Origin: Fimicolochytrium jonesii
Lineage: Eukaryota
DNA length: 64,000 bases
Reading direction: 5' to 3'
Assembly (NCBI RefSeq): GCF_025526975.1
Contig: NW_026515701.1
Coordinates: 124,001 to 188,000 of the forward strand
Part shown: positions 1-13,500 of the stretch, piece after piece
Position numbering within the stretch: the first letter of the stretch is position 1
How the letters are laid out: every line of letters starts with the position of its first letter
The notes under the pieces: model-generated
Seen by the model: the letters and a program-made list of their open reading frames with translations, nothing else
Told to the model about the DNA's origin: nothing
Database searches by the model: none
Translations under genes and position numbers: made by a program

Positions 1-723
1 CTTCACATTTGTCTGTACGCGATATTCATTCTCCTCCGTTGGCATCTGATGTTCCTCCCCAGACGTTGACTGACTTGTTGGATGTTCACACCAATTGGAT
101 GCGCATTTCTATGTCCAGTTCAGAGACGGTTGCTTTGATCGAGGGCGATGCTTGCTTCTCGACCATCCAAGCACCTGTCTTTCGACAACACTCAAAAACG
201 ATTCTACCAAGAGCCGAACCTGGACCATTGGGCCATAGAACCCAAAATGTCTGCATGTCTTGTTGTATGCATCTGGTCGTTCAGAACCATGTCCTAGAAA
301 CGGAAAGTGTAAGGAAAAGGCGACTTCTGTGCTGTTTGTTCTGGACGCGTTCACTCCATGCGTTGAGCTACATTTCACCCCGGGGCGCCTGCCGGACACG
401 CCTGCGTCCGAACCTGAAATGCGTAAAGTCTCGCTTGCGGTCAGCGTTTCTGTCTATATACTGTACAATATGGTACATATCTGGCGCTAGGGGCGAAAAG
501 CAACATTCTCTATCAGAGGGGCTCAAGCTTTCTTATTCAGGGTGCCATAGTTGTGGATCCGACAGCCAGTCCCCTGACGACTACGAGCTTAAACGCTAAC
601 GTCCGAACCATCTCCGACGATCTCTGGCATCGCGTGTCTGAGGAGACGGCCCATTCCCACAATACCCGGGGTCCTGAACGCTGTCAAGTACATCACGTCC
701 ATCGAGGACGGAGAAGAGGACCG

Positions 724-2499
724 ATGAAGGCGCAACGGGTCCTCGTCACCACAACCAACAGGCCAAGCGATCCTACCACACGCGCACCCACCCGCAACCA
801 ACAAGCACTCAAAGTGGTGGTTCGTGTCCGCCCCCCGAAAAACGCAAATTGCGAGCTCGCCGCAACAGTCGAAGAAAACAGCAAAGCCGGGAAGGCACGG
901 ATCGTCATACCAAAGCCGTTCCACGACAATGGAACAAAAGCCTATAGCTTTGACAAAGTCTACGGGCCGAAAGCGGGACAAGCCGACGTATTTGTCGAAG
1001 TGGAGAACTTGCTGAAGGATGTCTTTGATGGAAAGAATGCGACGGTGTTCGCATATGGGCAGACTGGGAGCGGGAAGACGCATACTATGAACGCCTACTC
1101 GATGACAGGGAGCATGAATAACCCAACGATCACGATTGTGCGGGAGGACGCGGGGATAACATACCGGGCGGTGGACTGGATATTCGATCATATCCAGCGG
1201 CATGAACTGAATGCGAGGGTGTGTGCGTCGTTTTTGGAGATATACAATGATGAGGTGTACGACCTGTTGCCGCGGTCGGCGGCGACTGGCGAATTGCGCA
1301 AGCTGAGGCTGATGACCGCAGGGCGAAAAGTTACGGTGCAAGGACTGTCTGAAGAAGTCGTTGCCGATTCCGCCGCCTTCGAGAAGCTGTTCGTGGTAGC
1401 ATTACTGCATCGCACAACAGCGGGAACGAAACTCAATGTGTTATCTTCACGGTCGCATTTCATGGTGCAACTGACAATTCGGATAGCTGGCGAGCACAAA
1501 GATCTTACTTCGAAATTGGCGCTGATTGACTTAGCTGGCTCTGAGGACAATCGCTACACGGGGAATGAGGGGGAGCGCTTCGAAGAGAGCAGACACATTA
1601 ATGCGTCGTTATTTGCAATACGAAATGTGGTTTCGGCGTTGAAGGATAGCAAAGCGCAAATCCCATATCGAAACTCGAAAATCACGCAGTTACTGTGCGA
1701 TTCCCTCGGCGGGACGGCGAGCTCTCTGGCGGTAGTTTGCTGTGCGCCAGAGCTGGATAATTTGCACCCGACGCACAACTCACTTGAGTTTGCAAAGGAC
1801 TGCTGCTTCATAAAGAACTGCGTGGAAGTCAACGAGGTGCGGCGGAAACCGCGAATCAGCGACAACACCGAGAAGGAGATGCGGGTCCCAGAAGCTATTA
1901 CAACCTCTGAACGGCGTCCATCAAGAGACAACAAGGAGAATGAGAGTAGCGAGCAGAAAGTGTCTCTGAAGGACGTTGAGAAGCTGTTCAGACCGATGAT
2001 GGAGGTACTTGAGTCGCTCAGATTCGTCACAACCGCGGAAACTGCGAAACTGAACGAAGACCTGTTTTCTCAGACGCTGATAGCAGAACGCGAAATCCAG
2101 CTTCGACGTACCCTCAACACGGAAAAGGAGGAACAGCAGGTGGTCGTTGACAACATTTTGCGCGTCATGAACACCGCGGGGTTGAAAGAGCTGAAGGCGT
2201 TGAAGATGATTGGAACGCAACGTGCGAATAAAATCATACAAGCGAGAGAAACGAAGCCATTCGAAACCGTATGTTTGCGTCGATTGCATATGCGAAGCGG
2301 GACTCGCTTTTCATTCCTTTCCATCTTGGCAGCCGCATGATCTCATGCGAATAGGATTGTCTCAGGAGCTCTTGAACACCATATTACAGGTGCGTTCCAC
2401 ACCTTACTGGGGTTTCATACGGGCTGCCGACAGCTGACTGGTCCCTCCCTATGCCTCTGTCGCTAGATTAATTTCCAGATGCCGATGAACATCTTATGA
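724..2499 (+). CDS. Kinesin motor protein, kinesin-10 (KIF22/Kid chromokinesin)-like; 3 exons (approx 724-2268, 2333-2389, 2467-2499)
   Basis: P-loop GQTGSGKT, switch I SSRSH, switch II DLAGSE; C-terminal helix-hairpin-helix segment (LKELKALKMIGTQRANKII) typical of kinesin-10. Confidence 0.85.
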
Positions 2500-2835
2500 T
2501 GTCGCCAAACGGCGGACATAGGACATGGACGGATTTTCATGGATTTTGAACCATCGTACACTGTATATTTTCTGTACATTCACGTAGACACTATCGGGCT
2601 GAAAAACAATGCATCTGCTGCCCAAAAGAAATGATCCGGCAGAAAATACTGTCAATTCATCGGAAACAGTAAATCTGCGGATGCCCTCTGTGCGACCAAC
2701 TCCCTACTTCCGTGATTGTCTCCGAGCCCGAGCCAACACTAGAAGAGCATTAATTCAAGAACGGGAACCGAGGCACTATGCTTCATCAACAGTGACGGTA
2801 CAACTGTATTTTCGAATAATATCGTTCGCTATGAT

Positions 2836-3966
2836 CTAGGCGGCCGCCTTCACGCCAGGAGCATTGGGATCCTTCCTCAGCGACATGAGAAGCTGCTTCA
2901 TACGGGCCGTGTCCCGAACCTTCACAGTCTCTTTATTTTTATTGGCATCCTTCGACTTATCGGCCTTTGCGTCAGCGCCGGTTGTCGTAAGACGGCCTTT
3001 GTTAAGATCGACGACCTTTCCCTTAGTAGTGCTGCTGCCTGACGCGGTTTGGGTTACTTGCTCAATTTGTTTCACGACACGGTCCTAGAAATGCGAGGTG
3101 TATATCAGCGGACTCATTCCTTGAAAGTAGGCACGTTTTCGCATGATTTCGTACCCAGACGGTGCCACTTGTAGTGTCGTCCCGGTCAGCAATAGCCTTC
3201 GTCTCCTGATCCTTATTTCTTGCAACACTCTTTGCTTTCTTCTCGTTATATTCAGCATAGAACCTCTCTAAAGACTCCTTGGCGTTCCTAAGCAGCTCCT
3301 GCTGTTTCGACTGAGATTTGGCATCGCGGTCGGCGATGAGAGCCTGGAAAGAAGCTCGCCATTCGCGAATAACTTCGGGCTCAACTTCGGGTTCGGCTGG
3401 GAAGGCGTTTGAGGTGGCGCTGGTGGCATCGAAGCTGTTCTGAGACGAAGCACCCGTGTGTTCGAAGGGTAGGGGCATGGCCGCTGCAGCGTTCAATTCG
3501 GACGAGAAGCCGGGCTAGCGAAGAATACAGCCGTTAGTCAATTTGGTAGCCCATAAAGGAAATCCGCAAATTCGCGTTTCCCACCCCAGGAGAGGCCCGC
3601 TTCCGATAGTGGTAGCAGGAGAGAGTGCTGGTGCACACTCTTCCGTCTCACTTTCCACATTCCCACTACTCGCTTTACGTGCTGACGCGGACACTGGCCG
3701 TTCTGTTCTCATGCTCTCACCTGGGAATCGAACGCGTCTGTTGCAAAGCCCTCCACGATGGGACCCGGTGTGGCACTGGCGAAGTCGGGAACACCGGATG
3801 ACTGCACCGGTCCGTCAAAGTGGTTTCCGAAGAGGGCAGCATCATCACCTAGCAGTGCCTTCTCCCGCGCCAAGAAATCAGCAGTAGGGTCACTGAAGTC
3901 GCCAAAGTCGCCGACAGGAGGCGCACCCCCCGATGGAGTGCCCGAAAAGTCGCCGAATTCCGACAT
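2836..3966 (-). CDS. CLC1: Clathrin light chain, 3 exons
   Basis: DPTADFLAREKALLG N-terminus, EPEVIREWR helix, C-terminal DTARMKQLLMSLRKDPNAPG. Confidence 0.9.
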
Positions 3967-4504
3967 GCTGGCGAGGTTAGAGTTGGAAGGGTTTGAGGGA
4001 GTCTTCGCTGCTAGTCACTGATTCGCTTGACAACTTTATCTAGGACCTTTGCCTGTTGTTTCGCCGATGGTGGCTCGTTTGCTGGGTGATGCTGGAGATG
4101 TTCGTTCGCCCAAGGTCGGCCGCTCGCGCCGCTCTCGCCTCAAGCCAGCTATGCGCTAATACCCTTTGACGTGGGTGGCGCAGGTCGAGTGTGACTCACC
4201 CCGGTTGAAATGCAAAGCGCGACTCTTGAATTTGAAGCGAAGCGCGTTCCTGCTACTTCAAGAAAATCATCGATGTGACGAATCCTGATCTGCTTGATTA
4301 GGATTTGCTCGCTTTGGAGTTCGGGCCCCTAATCATTCTGATTAGGAGAAGTGGACCCCAGATCTCGGACGTTCTTCCCAACAGATGGCGAGCGATAATC
4401 CCGCCGGTCGTCTCACAAATAGAAAGCGTTGCATTTCGTCGGTGCGAAATTTCGAGAGCCATCCTGCACAGAAGCATCGACAGCTGCAATAACACATACA
4501 TACC

Positions 4505-6028
4505 ATGTTGCTACACCGCGCTGCCCTCAGGTCTGCTGCAGGCCTTCGTCCCCGGGTGTTCCCCGGACTGCGGGGAATGGCTACCGCTGGTCACCAGGTG
4601 AGTCTTTGAATCCCTTGTGAACGGTCATGCAGAAGGGAATCGTACAGGGAACGATGGCTCCAGCAGAAGAAATTCGGAAACGAACACGCCGAGCAGGATG
4701 GCAAACACTACTTGCGGAAGTAGCGGTGCAGAATGTTTGACTCAGAGACCCTTTCTAACCGATTGACGTTATCAGATGACCGTGCGTGAGGCCTTGAACC
4801 AGGCTATGGAAGAGGAGATGAGGAAGGACAAGTCGGTCATTCTTCTCGGTGAGGAGGTCGCTCAGTACAACGGTGCATACAAGGTAGACTTTCTGAAAGC
4901 TGTCTCAGTGTGTGTGTGAAAAGGACAAGTTGCTCACTCTAGTTCGAACAGGTGTCGAAAGGTCTGCTCGACAAGTTTGGACCCGACCGTGTGATCGATA
5001 CCCCAATTACCGAGATGGGTTTCGCTGGAATTGCTGTGGGAGCTGCAATGGCAGGATTGAAGCCCATTTGTGAATTCATGACCTTCAACTTCGCGATGCA
5101 GGTGGGAGATTGGGGAATCTTTCGATAAGCGGGGATAGCGTTCCCATGGCTGATACTTTTTGCGGTAGGCCATCGACCACATTGTCAACTCTGCAGCAAA
5201 GACTCGCTACATGTCAGGCGGTATCGTCGGCGTTCCAATTGTGTTCAGAGGACCGAACGGAGCAGCTGCCGGTGTTGCTGCGCAGCACTCTCAGGACTAC
5301 GCGGCTTGGTACGGACAAATACCTGGATTGAAGGTTGTCAGCCCATGGAATGCCGAGGACGCCAAGGGTCTGATGAAGGCCGCGATCCGTGACCCCGACC
5401 CGGTTGTTGTTCTGGAAAACGAGATCATGTACGGCGTCACGTTCGACGTTTCCGATGAGGTGGTGAAGGATGACTTTGTCCTTCCTATCGGAAAGGCGAA
5501 GGTTGAGAAGGAGGGATCGGATATCACAGTCGTTGCCCACTCCAGGGCTGTTGGTCAAAGCTTGGAGGTCGCCGAGGAGCTGGCAAAGCAAGGCATCAAA
5601 GTGGAGGTAGGCCTCGGTTTGTGCCCCTAGTCGCATTTACCTGGGGTATTTCTGATCCCGGGTCCTCCCATTCAGGTCATCAATCTTCGTTCCATTCGTC
5701 CCCTGGACATCGACACGATCATCAAGTCCGTCAAGAAGACCAACCGCCTAGTGACCGTCGAAGGCGGTTTCCCCCAATACAGTGTCGGATCCGAGATTTG
5801 CGCGCAGATCATGGAATGTGAGTGATGGGAGCTGATGTTGATGTTGATTGTACCGGAGACTCATCGACTTCGTCCACAGCCGAAGCATTCGATCACCTCG
5901 ATGCGCCTATCAGCCGTGTGACCGGTGCCGACATCCCAACACCTTACGCCAAGAACCTAGAAGACCTCAGCTTCCCACGGGTCGAGGTCATCAAGAACAC
6001 CATCTTGAAGACGCTCAACCGCAAATAG
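4505..6028 (+). CDS. PDB1: Pyruvate dehydrogenase E1 beta subunit, mitochondrial; multi-exon
   Basis: [54 protein letters not shown]; Arg-rich presequence in exon 1. Confidence 0.97.
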
Positions 6029-7523
6029 ATACCATCTGCATCTGCATCGCACCACCACTTCCGTTGCGCCCCATCCTCCGATGCTCGTTGCGTGAGAAAA
6101 GCTCCGATAGAGTTTTTTCATTGAACATTATTTCCCCGGGGTTTTCCTCAATTTGCACGCACGCATGTATATGTAGTTCCTCTCCTCTTCCTCTGTCACA
6201 TCACTGGTTGCCGAACATGGTTTACTCTCGTAGCCCCGAATACAGGTGTATTCTCATGTCCGTCACCCAGCTCGTGTAGGACCCACTTTCGAGCTGTGGA
6301 CATTTTGATAATGCTGAGGTAAGCCAGTTTCGGGTAACTGCTCTTTTTGGACACCCACCGTACAGCTGTACACACTCTGTATATAATGACGGAACCCTCC
6401 CTCATGAGCCAAGTCTTCAGCACCATTCCTACAACGTCTCTCAGCTCCCTCCCCTTTGATTGGAAAAACAATGATCGACAGATATCAAATGTACCGTGCA
6501 TCGTCCATCGGCGTGGCGCTGACTGAGACGTTGGATCACCTCGTCAGCACACACCCGGGTGCAGTTTAGTGGGTTTTGCGCGTCGAACGTAATACGGGAG
6601 GAAAAAACTGGTCTCTTTTGTCCTTGTCCCCGGGGGCCGGAGAGTAACGAGGATAAGGAGCCGTACCCAGACTGCGGGTGGAGTTACGACGGTGGGGATC
6701 CGTACGGAATCCCCTTGAAACCTATGCTGTGGTCCTAGAGCTGGTTCCCACCTGTCATAACCTGAAGTCTTAACCTGGCTACAAGTTTGACAGATTAATC
6801 TCCGAAGCACTGCGCCATCTCCTACCCTAACAGCGTGATGCTGCCCATATGAAGCCCCTCCTAGATCCTCTCCTTCCAACGCAATAGGGCCGAATGAGAC
6901 CAGATCGGAAGCGAGCGAGTGAGGTTGTAAGTTTGCGGAGGGGGGTTCGTGAGGCTTTTTTCCTCGAGCTGGATCATTTCTGTTATGCAGGATCGCTTGC
7001 CATGCGATCTGAGATGAGAATATTCTGCTATTTCGCATACCTGTCCCTTTCGCCATCCATCTCGAACGTTAGCGAGATTTGGATGGCGATATTATATAGC
7101 CATTTCTTTTGTACCTGTCGTAAATGTAACATAAAATGTCAAATACGTAACATTGTCAAATCTTCAACTTTGGAGGAGGAATAGAAGGTTGCATGGCATG
7201 GAAGCGGCACTCGTTCACCTGGAGGCTGGTGGTCTATCCGCCACTCTCTGACCTTGATCAACACCACGTTCCACTTTTGTGGTATTCTCTCTATGCAGAT
7301 GTTATTGATAATGTACATATATACAAACTGGGGACAAACCCTCAGAGATTGGACTCCCCAATCTTAACCCACGGAGAAATGGAAGCAACGCGCCAGCCCT
7401 CTATATACCTCAGATTCCAAAAGCATGCTTCGCTATACTGTAAAGCCTCCGCGGAATGCCGAGTACGATAGAAAACGAAAAAAATGTGGAGAGGAAACGC
7501 CTTGATGGGAGGTATTTGCTATC

Positions 7524-9245
7524 TTAGATGAAGTTAGCGACAGAGATGAAAAGACCCAAGACGCATGTGACGACAGCGAAACGGGTGTCCAGCTTTGGCG
7601 CTGCGGAACTACTGCCGGACGACCCTTGTGCGGAGGTTGCCGGTGGGGTTGTGAGGTCCGGAGGAGTGTTCAGCTTGCGGTTAGCGACGGCGAACCCAAT
7701 GGTATGGTCGCCGGAGTTGAAGACGGTGTAGAACTTTCGCAGGATCACATTTCCCAGGATAGCCTATGAGAAGGGTGGGGACGCTTATGAGAAAAAGGAA
7801 TAATGTAACACTGCTCATCTAGGTCTGATAATTACCTGAGGGACGAGAAGCTGTTTGCCGCTCGAGACGGTTGAGCTGGATGAAATGTCCTGCCCTGCAA
7901 ATCCGGAGACACATAAGATCTGTCCTGGGTTGTCTCCCGGTTGCATGAAAAAGTATTCATTCGGGGAAACGGTCAGATTATGGCTGCCGAACATGAGAGT
8001 GACATCGGGGAATCCGGCAGGAATCTTGTTGTCAGAACAGTCCTTGACGTAGAGATATGCTAGAAGCAATGCCACAATTGTCAGTTCGAGTAAATATATG
8101 GCATATTCGTTTGCGTTCGCAAAAACCTACGTTCGTTTTGTGTGGCCAACTGGAGTCCCAAGGCCTTGTTCAGCGAATTTGCGACCTTCACTGGGAAAAC
8201 AGCCAAACTTGTGCCCGTGTCGAAAACCACTCCAAAGTTACTCGACATTCCCAACTTGCCACCGCCGCCGACGTTGATTGAAGACAAGATGGATTGCCAG
8301 AAGAGATATACGGGCTCCCCGGCAGCGCTGTTGCCAGATGCCGCTACTGGTACGTATTGCATCGGGCCAGCGACACGGGAGCTGTCGATTCCGCCCAACG
8401 ACAAGCCGCCGCCAGCGTTTGTCTCGTCGATGAAGTATCCGAATGCTGGTGAGGTGACTTTCTTGTCGGACACCAGGCGCTCCCAGAATGTAGGGATCTG
8501 ATTTGCGGTGGGCAGGGAGAACGACATTCCCATGATGCCGTCCATATCCGAGGGATTTTGACCTTGTGGGGATGTGATGGACGTTGCAACCTCGAATGTA
8601 AGGTTTGCGACGGAGAGGCCGTTAATCGCTGCCGTGTCTTGTACCAGAGTACCGCTGACAGCAGTGCCATCAACGTACTCGATCTTTTCCGCAGCCTGAT
8701 TGAGAGAGCGGAACGTGGTGCTCTTCGAGGTATCGAATATACCCCCGGCGGTGTTGAGGGTTCCGGCTGTCGTTCGCGCCTGGACCCACAGTGCTTGCGA
8801 ACCGGTATCAAAGAGGATCGAAAAGTTTTGAGCAGGAGTTCCAAGACTAAGACCTCCGTGATACTGTATTCCAATTGGGTCAGGTTGCGTTATATAGGTT
8901 GAACCAGATGTTCTCCACCAACTTACCGCAAAGAGAGTGCCGCCAGCGTCCCCTGTGCCGTTCAAAGAATTGACCACTATTTGCCTTTTTCCAAATCGAC
9001 CAATTGGAGCTTTCGCCATGTGTTGCGCGATCTTTGCCTTGTGAATCTTATACCGAGGGTTTACGAGCGGGACGCTGCAAGAAACGAATGGCATGGGCGA
9101 TTAGAATGATCAGAGTTGAGGCCTTCGCCCCCATGGAGACACGGCGGAGAACGTACCTGCACGAGCCCGTGGACCAATCACACGCAGCTTCCGCAGAAGC
9201 GGCAAGCAAGCACGCACTGGCGCATACAAGTGACAGCGCTTTCAT
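7524..9245 (-). CDS. Secreted pepsin-family (A1) aspartic protease, probably GPI/membrane anchored; multi-exon
   Basis: Signal peptide MKALSLVCASACLLAA, catalytic FDTGS and FDTGT, DGIMGM, ILRKFYTVF...IGFA, Ser-rich stretch and hydrophobic C-terminal tail. Confidence 0.92.
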
Positions 9246-10529
9246 TGCGCCTGGGGTATGTGGTGTTGTTTTGGTGGAAGGTGGAGGGTTGCCGTGGGAA
9301 CCCCGAAATATAGGTAGTTTTTCTCTTATGGGCCTGAACTAGGGAAAACAACCGGTCGCTATGAAGGGCGACAACCGCTCAACGAGAACGGTGTGGGATG
9401 CACGGTGGGATGGGTGCCCTTGCGTGTGGAACAATCTGCTTCTTTTCTGGCCTCCTGGCTTCTTCTGCTGAAGCCGGTCTCTAGATCTATATATACAGAG
9501 TGTATGTATATACCGCACAGTAGCGCCCACCTTGTCCCCGCCGCCCACCTTGCCTCGCCTGCGAGGCCTGCGAATGAAAACATCATCAATTGCCCGCAGC
9601 GGCGATCTTGGCACGCGAAATCCCTTATTATTATGTTAAGTGTGCTGAGCCTCATTTACAGAGGAGTTATAGGCACTCGTTGTGCAAGGGGAGTGCAGTT
9701 AATAATTATAAATGTTTCGAATCCATGACGTTTGAGCCAAGCCCATTCCCCACATCATCATGATTCATGCCAGTCGACGCTATTTCGACAGCAAGATATG
9801 CCTTTTTCATCCGACATCGACACCGTTACCTTCCAACGACGTATTGCCGTCACACATCGACAGTTGCAATCGTACAGTGCATATGCACGGCGTGCATGCA
9901 GTTCGCGGCGTGTGCAAACGGGATCTGGATGCTTGTTCGCCTATTGCTCCTCGCACACGAAGTTCTGCATGTGCACATGCAAGTGTCTTAGAGCTGAGGT
10001 CAGAACAAGCAGAACGTACTGTACAGTACTTACGGTAGCAGGTGTGGTCCGGCCACACCAGGTCTATCTCCCAGTCCGGATGCACAGAATCTGCTTCCAA
10101 TATCTTCTCACGGACAGTAAATCTCTCGCCTTCAGACCCCTGGGGTTAGCTATAAGATGGGTATCTGCGCTTGAAGCCAGAGTCGATTCCCTGACGCGCT
10201 TCCAAACCGCCAACGTCACGAGCGTGAGTCATATACCCCCCCGTTACCAGCCAGATTGCGTTGCTGGATCTGGATCTGGCTTGCTCGTTGAGGAGTCCAT
10301 TGGCATTCAGGCATACCAATCCGCCAAACCCATCTTACTACTAGAGCCTCCAAACTCACGAAAGCTGCAGGACCGCTGCGGCATCAACCTCGCGATCGTC
10401 GTCGAGTCTCCTTGCGCAGGCTAATTCTGTGGACTTGAGGGGCATCCATCGCTCACTGTCGGATAGACGTCGAAAAGGATACCGCTCAACTAGGGCTTCC
10501 TTCGCAACAGCTCGACCAAGCTTTGCATC

Positions 10530-13500
10530 ATGGTCCAGACGAAGGTCACGACGTTCAAAGCACTATCGCTAGTCTTCCTTCTCGCCAAACTACCTTGGGC
10601 TGTAGCAAAGCCATCTGATGCGGCGTTAAGAGTTGCCACCTGGCCCAAGCCACCACCAGGACCCGAGTGCTTGAACTTTGGGTCGAAACGCAAGAACTGC
10701 ACCTGCGAGCCTCAGATCGGTTTCCCGCTCGACAAAGTTCTGGGGACTTTGGACGATGATTACAGCTGTAACTGCCCTGTTGGATTCGGTGGAAGAACTT
10801 GTGGCGAACCATGTAAGCCTGCTGTCGGGAAATATGGATGGGATGTTCGGGGAAACGGGCTCACATGTCTCTGCATTCAGTATGCGACTCGCTGGCAAGC
10901 GGGCCCAATCGGTCACCTCGCCCCAGCGATAAGGCTTCCTGCGATTGCACGGACGGCTGGACAGGAATCAATTGCAACAGTAAGGAAAAACGCGATGGAT
11001 TCGAACCGGAACAGCGTCTCACCACTGGTCTCTTGGTTGATCAGTTTGCATGCGGGATGATGCATGTACGACCTTGAACCCTCCCAGAGATCCCGAATTT
11101 CCAGTTCCTGGTACCCCTGAGCAAGACTTACCAGTATGTTACTCTGGGATCAGACCTGCCACCGGCACCAACTATCTTCAATGCGAAGTTCGAAGTAAGC
11201 CTCCGTGAGCGCCTGCGTGCTATGAGGTGGAACGTGTGGCTGACCTATCGCTCCATAGACAAGCGCATCTTGGACATGCTGAACGGACCAAAGCCGGAAA
11301 TTACGTATTCATGCAGTGGACCGGAGAGCACATGCAATTTCCAATTCTGGGTGGACGAAAAGGAAAGCTTCTACTGTGATATGTCCGAGTGCAACTCGAA
11401 GCAAGGTGTGTGTCATATCATGACAAGCTTGGACTCCGTATGGAAGGTGATCTCACATCCTTGTCTACGCAGTATATGTGGATGATAAGCTTCACACTAC
11501 CATCGAGTGCGGCAAGATGCATTGCTCATGCTATCCGAATCGATTGCTTTGCGGCGACACGGATGGCCATGGATTTGATCTCACCGAATGGTTCCAATCG
11601 ACGGACGAAGGTCCGGTGGGCCCAGGGGCGCTAGTATGTGAAGAAGGGAGTGCACGCCCAGGAGAATTGCCAGAAAGAAACTGCCACTTCACTGGTGAGT
11701 GCTCAACAGTCGATAACCACCCGGAAGCAATCAAGTGGCTGAAAGCGAGACTTTCTGTGCAGAAAATCACATGAACGACCTCATTAGTACGGTCTTCGGC
11801 GATCCCAATATCCAGCTCGCCTGCCCGCTTGCTGGCGAATGTATGTATGCGTCCCAGCTTCCACCGGATCCAGCACGAAAGGAGTCGCGCTCTAGCACTC
11901 TCCTCATTGTACTCATGTCCGTGGCCGGAGGGCTGCTGACAGTGTTTGTGTTTGGGTTGATCTGGTGGGTGCGCCTGCAGAAGGACGCTGATATCGGGGG
12001 CGCATACGACGCGATCCTTGATCAGGAAGAATCGGATCAAGGAAGCGGGGGTCGAAGAGCCACCTTGATGGAGCACCATGTGCCCACCGACCTCATGTTC
12101 CGAGATATCACGTATACCATCGACAGAGCTCAAATGTCATCCTCTCGGAGATGGGGCAGAAGACGGACTACCGGTTTGCAGCTTCCATCCGAGTCACAAG
12201 TTACGGTGCTGGACAAAGTACAGGGAATTGTCAAAGCTGGGGAGGTCATGGCTGTCATGGGAGCGTCTGGCGCGGGGAAATCTACGTTCCTGGACATTCT
12301 GGCTAAACGAAACAAGAGCGGATATGTTTCTGGCGAGATGCTCGTGAATGGAAAGTTCATGAGCGACGATGAATATCGTGCCATTGTTGGGTATGTCCGA
12401 TGGCGGTCGCATTTGTGTCGAGACCCAGGCTCACATCGCGGTATGCTTTCAGATACGTGGACCAGGAGGACACGCTCATGCCGACCCAGACCGTCTTTGA
12501 AGCGGTTCTGTTCTCTGCATTACTACGCCTTCCCCGGCATCTATCGTACGACGCGAAGAAAGCACGGGTCATGGAAACTCTCATGGAGCTCGATATCCTA
12601 CACATTGCCAACAGACGCATTGGAACAACAGGCGAAAGGGGCATCAGTGGCGGTGAAAAGCGTCGCGTATCAATCGCTTGCGAGCTAGTCACCGGTCCAC
12701 GTGTCCTGTTCCTGGATGAGCCCACCAGCGGACTCGATTCGTTCAATGCGTACAATGTCATTGAGTGCTTGGTCAATCTAGCGCGGACCTACCACCGGAC
12801 AGTTATTTTGACGATACACCAGCCGCGGTCGAACATCTTTGCGTTGTTTGACAAGTTGGTCCTTCTTGCGAAAGGACGCGTTGTATATTCTGGACCTGCC
12901 CAAGACGGGTGTAGGGAATGGTTTGATGATCTCGGGTTCAGGTGTCCGCTGGGTTTCAATATTGCGGACTATCTAGGTGAGCTTACTTCTACTCGACTTA
13001 CTCTGTCTTTCTGCGGCACAAACCACTCACAGTTTTTTCTTTGTTTTACAGTCGACCTTACTATGCATATCGCTAATGAGCCAGATCCTTCCTCTTCAAC
13101 GCCAGGGGAACCGGAAGACGAGATCGTTGTGCCGGTCAACGGATCTTCTCCAAGCACGACAAGGCCGTCTCTGGGAAGAAGGCAGAGCACAGTACGGTTA
13201 CGACAAGAGGCTCAGCTGTTTACACCACAGAATCCACAAGTTAAAATTGAACAGGCATCGCCAACAGCTTCCTCGCCAGGAACGTTTGGCGAAAAGATGA
13301 ACGGTTCCGCACATCACAAGAACAAAGGCGAAACCAACTCCGCAAGCCGATCGGATGAGCACGACGAAGAGTCTGACCCTGACGTCTCGCGAGTCTCCTC
13401 TCACCATAACGAAGAGTTGAAACCACTCCTCCCGATCCCTGACGACGGCGGCAACAGCACCAACGGGTACCTCGGTTTCCCATCTCGCGCGGCTATCGCA

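Noticed and set aside
1..300. Possible 5' exons of a minus-strand gene leaving the window (MQTFWVLWPNGP|GAWMVEKQ...) and the 196-aa plus ORF 9-599
   Set aside because: No recognisable motif, it needs an unusually short intron of about 45 nt, and it cannot be checked at the window edge
3515..3720. Long clathrin light chain intron as a snoRNA host
   Set aside because: One hairpin is present, but no convincing C/D or H/ACA boxes
6658..6725. Group II intron domain V/VI look-alike (GAGCCGTA...ACGGT, hairpin, CCTAT)
   Set aside because: No GNRA-capped DV geometry or bulged-A DVI stem, and it sits inside a larger closed fold
6598..6965. RNase P or MRP RNA
   Set aside because: P1/P2-like topology is present, but CR-I and CR-V consensus sequences are not matched
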